A stretch of DNA of 64,000 nucleotides from the NCBI RefSeq assembly GCF_001194135.2, contig NC_068995.1:31020781-31084780 (forward strand). Direction: 5' to 3'. The stretch's first letter is position 1; each line of letters begins with the position of its first letter. The position numbers and the translations under genes are program-made. Source of the stretch: Octopus bimaculoides. Taxonomy: Eukaryota. The notes beneath the pieces are model-generated. The model had not been told where the DNA came from, did not search any database, and saw only the letters and a list, made by a program, of their open reading frames with translations. Positions 59,901 through 64,000 of the stretch are shown one piece after another.

Positions 59901-62199
59901 TCATTCCCACTGCATGGCACCTTGGGCAAGTGTCTTCTACTATAGCCTCGGGCTGACCAGTGTGTGTATATGTTTGTGTGTCTGTGTTTGTCCCCCCAAC
60001 ATCGCTTGACAACCGATGGTGGTATGTTTACGTCCCCGTAACTTAGCAGTTCGGCAAAAGAGACCGATAGAATAAGTACTAGACTTCCAAAGAATAAGTC
60101 CTGGAGTCGATTTGATCGACTAAAGGTGGTGCTCCAGCATGGCCGCAGTCAAATGACTGAAACAAGTAAAAGAGTAAAAGAGAGAGAGAGTAGTCATGTC
60201 TGGAATACCTTTGGTCATAGGTCTACTGGATCAGAACTGACCTGGAGTTAAACAACAACATATTCCTTTAGATATTTGAAGATATTAACGTTTCTGTGAG
60301 TAACATGGAAATATATTCATGATATTGGTAAATCGAATGTGAAAAGTAGATAGCAACTTACCATCATTGATGCTGATTCCAATGAAACCAGAACACTGGA
60401 CATTTGGACAATGGACACTGGTCAGTTTGCGATCCTTCAATCAGAAATTAATGCACTCTTATGTCCACACTTACTTTCCAAAACAATTGAAATTTAAAAA
60501 CAAAAAACATAAATGAAGTTATTTCATTATAATTATTTTTATCTGTTGTAATCATTAAAAAATGTAGTTTATCTGAATTTTTGAAGAGCTGAATATAGTG
60601 GAGAGATACTACTCCTCTGGGATAGGAAACTATGCTGATGCTTCAGCTTAATTTTTCATGTAGACAGATGTCCTTCAAAACACGATTCAGAAAAGTCAGT
60701 AATGTTAGCAAGTCGGAATTGTTAGCACGCTGGGTAAAATACTAAGTGGCATTTCATCTGTCTTCACATTCTGAGCTCAAATTCCACCAAGGTTGATTTT
60801 GCCTTTCATCCTTTCAGAGTTGATAAAAATAAGTACCAGTCATATACTGGAGTCAATGTAATTGATTAACCCCCATCCTCTGAACTTGCTGGCCTAGTGC
60901 CAAAATGTGAAACCAATAACAGAACATCCTACAGCAAGACTAGATATGCTCTAAACTTATGAACAACTCATCCCAGGGTAGTGAGGACTCTGAAAGTTTT
61001 AAAGAATACATGGCAGCCTCCTTAGTGTTGATGGCCATGATAACATGTACCCAGTATACTCTGTAAAGTGGAGAGACATCAAGTGGAGAGGACCCTTCAG
61101 TTTTGTTCAAGGTATGCCAACTATAGTGCAGGTGCCACAATAAAATACATCCTGTACAGTGGTTGGTACATTCTGTAAAGTGATAGGGAGCCATCAAGCT
61201 ATAGCAAAACCAAAATGGAAGGTACAAGTAAAATGTGTTCTCCAGCTTGTCTATGAGAGGCAGTAACTTTGAATAAAAACTGGTTTGGACTGTGATGATG
61301 CATCTAGTCAATGCTAGTAAGGAAAGTAGATGTAACAGGATGATGATACATAGAGCAGACAAATCTCTCTAAAAATCACAACCCTAGTATTAAAACAAAA
61401 GGTGACATCCTTGATAATTAGAATGAGACAATTGGGTGCAGATGGTGATTTGGCGTGGTTGACTGGACATTCAGCTTGTTGTGGCAACGGTAGTTGTTGG
61501 CGCATGCTGAAGTACATACATACAGATAGAAAGAGTGAGAGAGAGGAGAGAGAGAGATATTGTAATCAATTAATTGAACATGAATGATGTAAACACTTTC
61601 CCTCTCTTCATATAGATAACAAGAAATATGCTCACACGCATAAACAGAAAAAAAAAGGGGGAAGAGTGAGAAAAAGGAAACATTAAAACATCTGATATCA
61701 AATTAGCAATGCCAAAATAAGCTGTGCCAAAACATCTCATACCTGCTGGAAAATGTAGTCTTACATATGGCCATAGATACACTGATTAAAATATAGTCAT
61801 AGTTAGAATGGCATTGATTATTGGTCAGCTCATTCTGTATTGAACCGTTAACTTATAAGAACATTGACACAAGGTCACACACTTTGAAGCAGAGTCAATA
61901 AAATTGAATCCAGAACTTGATTCTAAAATTAATTTTGGTGGGATTTGAACTCAGAATGTAACACTAATAATCCCAACTTATACAATCATACTATACTAAT
62001 AATCATACCAACAAAAGTGAATAGTGTTGTTACATAAATATAGGTGTAGTTGTCGGTGTGTGGTAAAAAGCTTGCTTCTCAATCACATGGTTCCAGGTTC
62101 AGTCCCATTGCATGGTGCCTTGGGCAAGTGTTTTCTACTATAACTTCAAGCTGACCAAAGCCTTGTGAGTGGATTTGGTAGATGGAAATTGAAAGAAGC

Positions 62200-62238
<39 letters not shown>

Positions 62239-62869
62239 TTTATCATTTACTTGTTTCAATCATTAGACTGTGGTCATGCTGGGGCACTGCCTTCAAGAGT
62301 TTCAGTCAAACAAATCAACCCCAAGCTTGGTATTTATTCTATCGTTCTATTTTTGCTGAACTGCTAAGTTACAGGGATGTAAACACACCAACACCATTTT
62401 TCAAATGATAGAGAGGAACAAACACAAACATAAAGACACACATACACATAGATACACACACACACACACACACATACATATACATGCACAACAAGCTTCT
62501 TTCAGTTTCTGTCTACCAAATCCACTCACAAGGCTTTGGTTAGCTTGAGGTTATAGCAGAAGACACTTGCCCAAGGTGCTATGCAGTGGGACTGAATCCA
62601 GAACCATGTGGTTGGGAAGCAAGCTTCTTATCACACAGTTACACATGTGCATGTGTGTGTGTATGTTACTTTGTGTCTGTGTTTGTCCTCTGACAATTGG
62701 TGTTGGTGTGTTTATGTCCCTGTAACTTAGAGGCTCAGTAAAAGGGACCAAAAGAATTAATACCAAGTTTTACAAGAAACAAAGGTTGGGGTTGAATCGT
62801 TTGACTAAAATCCTTCAGGGCATTGCCCTAGCAAGGCCACAGTCTAATGACTGAAATAAGTAAAAGATA

Positions 62870-62907
<38 letters not shown>

Positions 62908-62917
62908 NNNNNNNNNN

Positions 62918-62948
<31 letters not shown>

Positions 62949-63115
62949 AACAGAGTAAGATTTATTAAAATATAGAAATAAACAAACCAAAAGTTACTTA
63001 CAAGACATTCAGTTTCTTTACAATGAACACAAGAACAGTCAAAGTAATAGTTCTTTCGCAAGAAATCTTTACGAATCCAACTTGGTCTGTCATTGTTGAT
63101 GTAACTAATGAAAAT
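50500..63115 (-). CDS. SMYD3: SMYD3-like SET and MYND domain lysine methyltransferase, last 6 exons (5' part beyond window)
   Basis: Six minus-strand GT-AG exons join in phase (795 nt, 264 aa + stop). They encode the end of SET and post-SET (IFISYI...YYFDCSCVHC) and a C-terminal TPR-like domain (TNLIYVEVMELAKEACIELRLW..A..YG; LYELGKLY; A.TILGMYH). Exon phases and sizes (114, 178, 109 nt) mirror human SMYD3 exons 8, 10 and 11 as recalled. Orthology to SMYD3 rather than another SMYD is likely but not proven. Confidence 0.85.
52251..52359 (-). CDS. SMYD3: SMYD exon (QYFEHSDFKVGLLLYELGKLYLNAMEIENAREIFRK)
   Basis: gaaaaag| ... aag|gtaact; 109 nt, same length and phase as the recalled human SMYD3 exon 11. 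Confidence 0.88.
52471..53240 (+). mobile_element. Mariner 5' half (mellifera/cecropia-like), interrupted by an N gap and truncated at the first catalytic Asp
   Basis: TA followed by tcaggtcatcccataagttctgtcc TIR-like end; SKEHLRHIMLYEYKKGNSA...HLQQLGKVPKLGKWVPHEL...DRFVTGD. Confidence 0.85.
53345..53948 (-). mobile_element. 5' half of a second copy of the same irritans-like mariner
   Basis: Colinear similarity with 13040-13511; [15 protein letters not shown]...QWVPHLLTPDQK; same TIR ending ccctcata. Confidence 0.85.
55250..55650. mobile_element. hAT-type MITE
   Basis: cagtgtttccaaacc ... gttgggaatcactg. Confidence 0.55.
55891..56092. repeat. Inverted repeat, 60-bp arms, approx. 80-nt loop
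   Basis: Arms 55891-55950 and 56033-56092 differ at 11 of 60 positions. Confidence 0.85.
57218..57395 (-). CDS. SMYD3: SMYD exon (YENQLQLAEGTLNIL...KAAYYGNKVWPQR[M])
   Basis: atgttag| ... aat|gtaagt; 178 nt. Confidence 0.9.
57987..58124 (-). CDS. SMYD3: SMYD exon (NEFFMLPCSVCGLRD...VQELRELDKCK[D])
   Basis: tttccag| ... aag|gtatgt; 138 nt. Confidence 0.87.
58668..59760 (-). mobile_element. RTE-clade LINE 3' fragment inside a SMYD intron
   Basis: MLNGSETWTVTAEDIHRLERNEASMLRWIC...WYGHVM; 3'UTR and (GAT)n tail homologous to 44035-46924. Confidence 0.88.
59830..60185 (+). mobile_element. tRNA-derived SINE family A, full copy (other copies approx.: - 5590-5870, 11550-11655, 14305-14665, 27110-27700 x2, 29545-29710, 35400-35560, 47440-47770, 51080-51240, 62237-62645; + 35575-35760, 62045-62875)
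   Basis: Head gtggctgtgtggtaag...gggttcattccc (A/B-box-like), central (TG)n, 3' core gtaacttagcagttcggcaaaagagaccgatagaataagtac, tail gtaaaaga. Resembles described octopus SINEs; exact family name not assigned. Confidence 0.85.
60362..60434 (-). CDS. SMYD3: SMYD exon (DRKLTSVHCPNVQCSGFIGISIND[E])
   Basis: attgaag| ... atg|gtaagt; 73 nt, phase 0/1; joins the neighbouring exons in frame. Confidence 0.85.
63002..63115 (-). CDS. SMYD3: SMYD exon (IFISYINNDRPSWIRKDFLRKNYYFDCSCVHCKETECL)
   Basis: tatatag| ... ctt|gtaagt; 114 nt; post-SET CxCxxC motif. Confidence 0.93.
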
Positions 63116-63249
63116 CTATATAAGGAAACAAATAACATACATTAATTACATGTATAGATGTAAACATACATTAGGTTACATATATACAGACACTTACATA
63201 CATACATATATGTGTGTGTGTGTGTGTGTATGTGTAAATATATTTGCGT

Positions 63250-63370
63250 GTATATCTAATATATAAAATAGAGATGTCTGTGTATTCGCTTTTCACGTGA
63301 AATCGACTTCACCAAATGCTTCCATACTTGTGATGCATGAATAATTTGACCTCGGATAAATGTTAGGCTC
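63250..63370 (+). mobile_element. Possible Helitron/Lep1-like 5' remnant
   Basis: tctaatatataaaa-tagagatgtctgtgt...ttttcacgtgaaatcg...caccaaat...gacctcggataaatgttaggct resembles the layout of Lep1/DINE-type non-autonomous Helitrons (recalled pattern only). Confidence 0.4.
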
Positions 63371-64000
63371 TTCATTTGATTTTTTTTATTAAAAATAAAT
63401 AATATTGCTTTATATTTAAGATTCACTTCTTTAAAAAGGTTCCTCAATGTCAACTTCCGGTATTGACGTATCAACGGCAAAAAGCTTCACTCTCTACTTT
63501 GACGTTTTTCTACAAAATGCTTACATACTTGTGATGCAATGTCAACTTCCGGTATTGACGTAGCACATGTGCACGCATACACACGTGTGTCTTTGTAAAT
63601 ATGTTTTTATACATTTATGTATGTGTGTGTTTGTAAGAGACAGAATGTGAGTGAGTCAAGGGGTGTGTTGTCATATGCATCCATCATTTTTGGATGTATG
63701 TGTGCGTGTGTGTGTGAGAGAGACAGAGTGAGAGAGCAGTGTGTGTGTAGTATTTACTCTCTCTCTCTCTCTCTCATACACACGCACACACACACACTCA
63801 TACACAAAGATGTATGCATATTTATGCATGTACGTATACATGACAACAAACCTCTCTCTCTCTCTCTCTCTGTCACACACACACACACGTCCATTTCATC
63901 TGATGTGTAATACTGTGTGTGTGTGTGTGCGTGCGTGCACAATCACCATTTATTTCAATTACTCTTGTGAGGATATTCACGTAAATCATTTGTTTCATTT

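Overview
Eukaryotic, AT-rich, microsatellite- and SINE-dense draft-assembly window with six N gaps. The repeat content points to an octopod cephalopod (Octopus-like); this is inference, not a database result. Two convergent spliced genes were reconstructed by hand. (1) Transportin-3 (TNPO3/TRN-SR) on +: 26 GT-AG coding exons from 3559 to the TAA at 41992-41994, 2667 nt, 888 aa. About 40 N-terminal residues (exon 1) were not found and probably lie upstream of the window. (2) A SMYD3-like SET/MYND methyltransferase on -: last 6 exons from 63115 down to the stop at 50500, 264 aa; its 5' part lies beyond the window. Introns and the intergenic region hold a 5'-truncated RTE LINE, three mariner lineages, R4/Dong and Gypsy remnants, two tRNA-type SINE families, RTE-tail elements, hAT, Tc1 and TTAA-type MITEs and tandem repeats. 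No prokaryotic-style system such as CRISPR is present. The best leads are RNA-level: an old repeat family sitting in sense orientation just downstream of splice donors; several long intronic hairpins with strand-polarised G-U/A-C mismatches (candidate ADAR substrates); a splice donor overlapping the TNPO3 stop codon with a matching downstream acceptor; a G-quadruplex behind a weak donor; and a nested inverted SINE. Repeat boundaries are approximate. Comparisons with human proteins and exon sizes are from memory and need checking.
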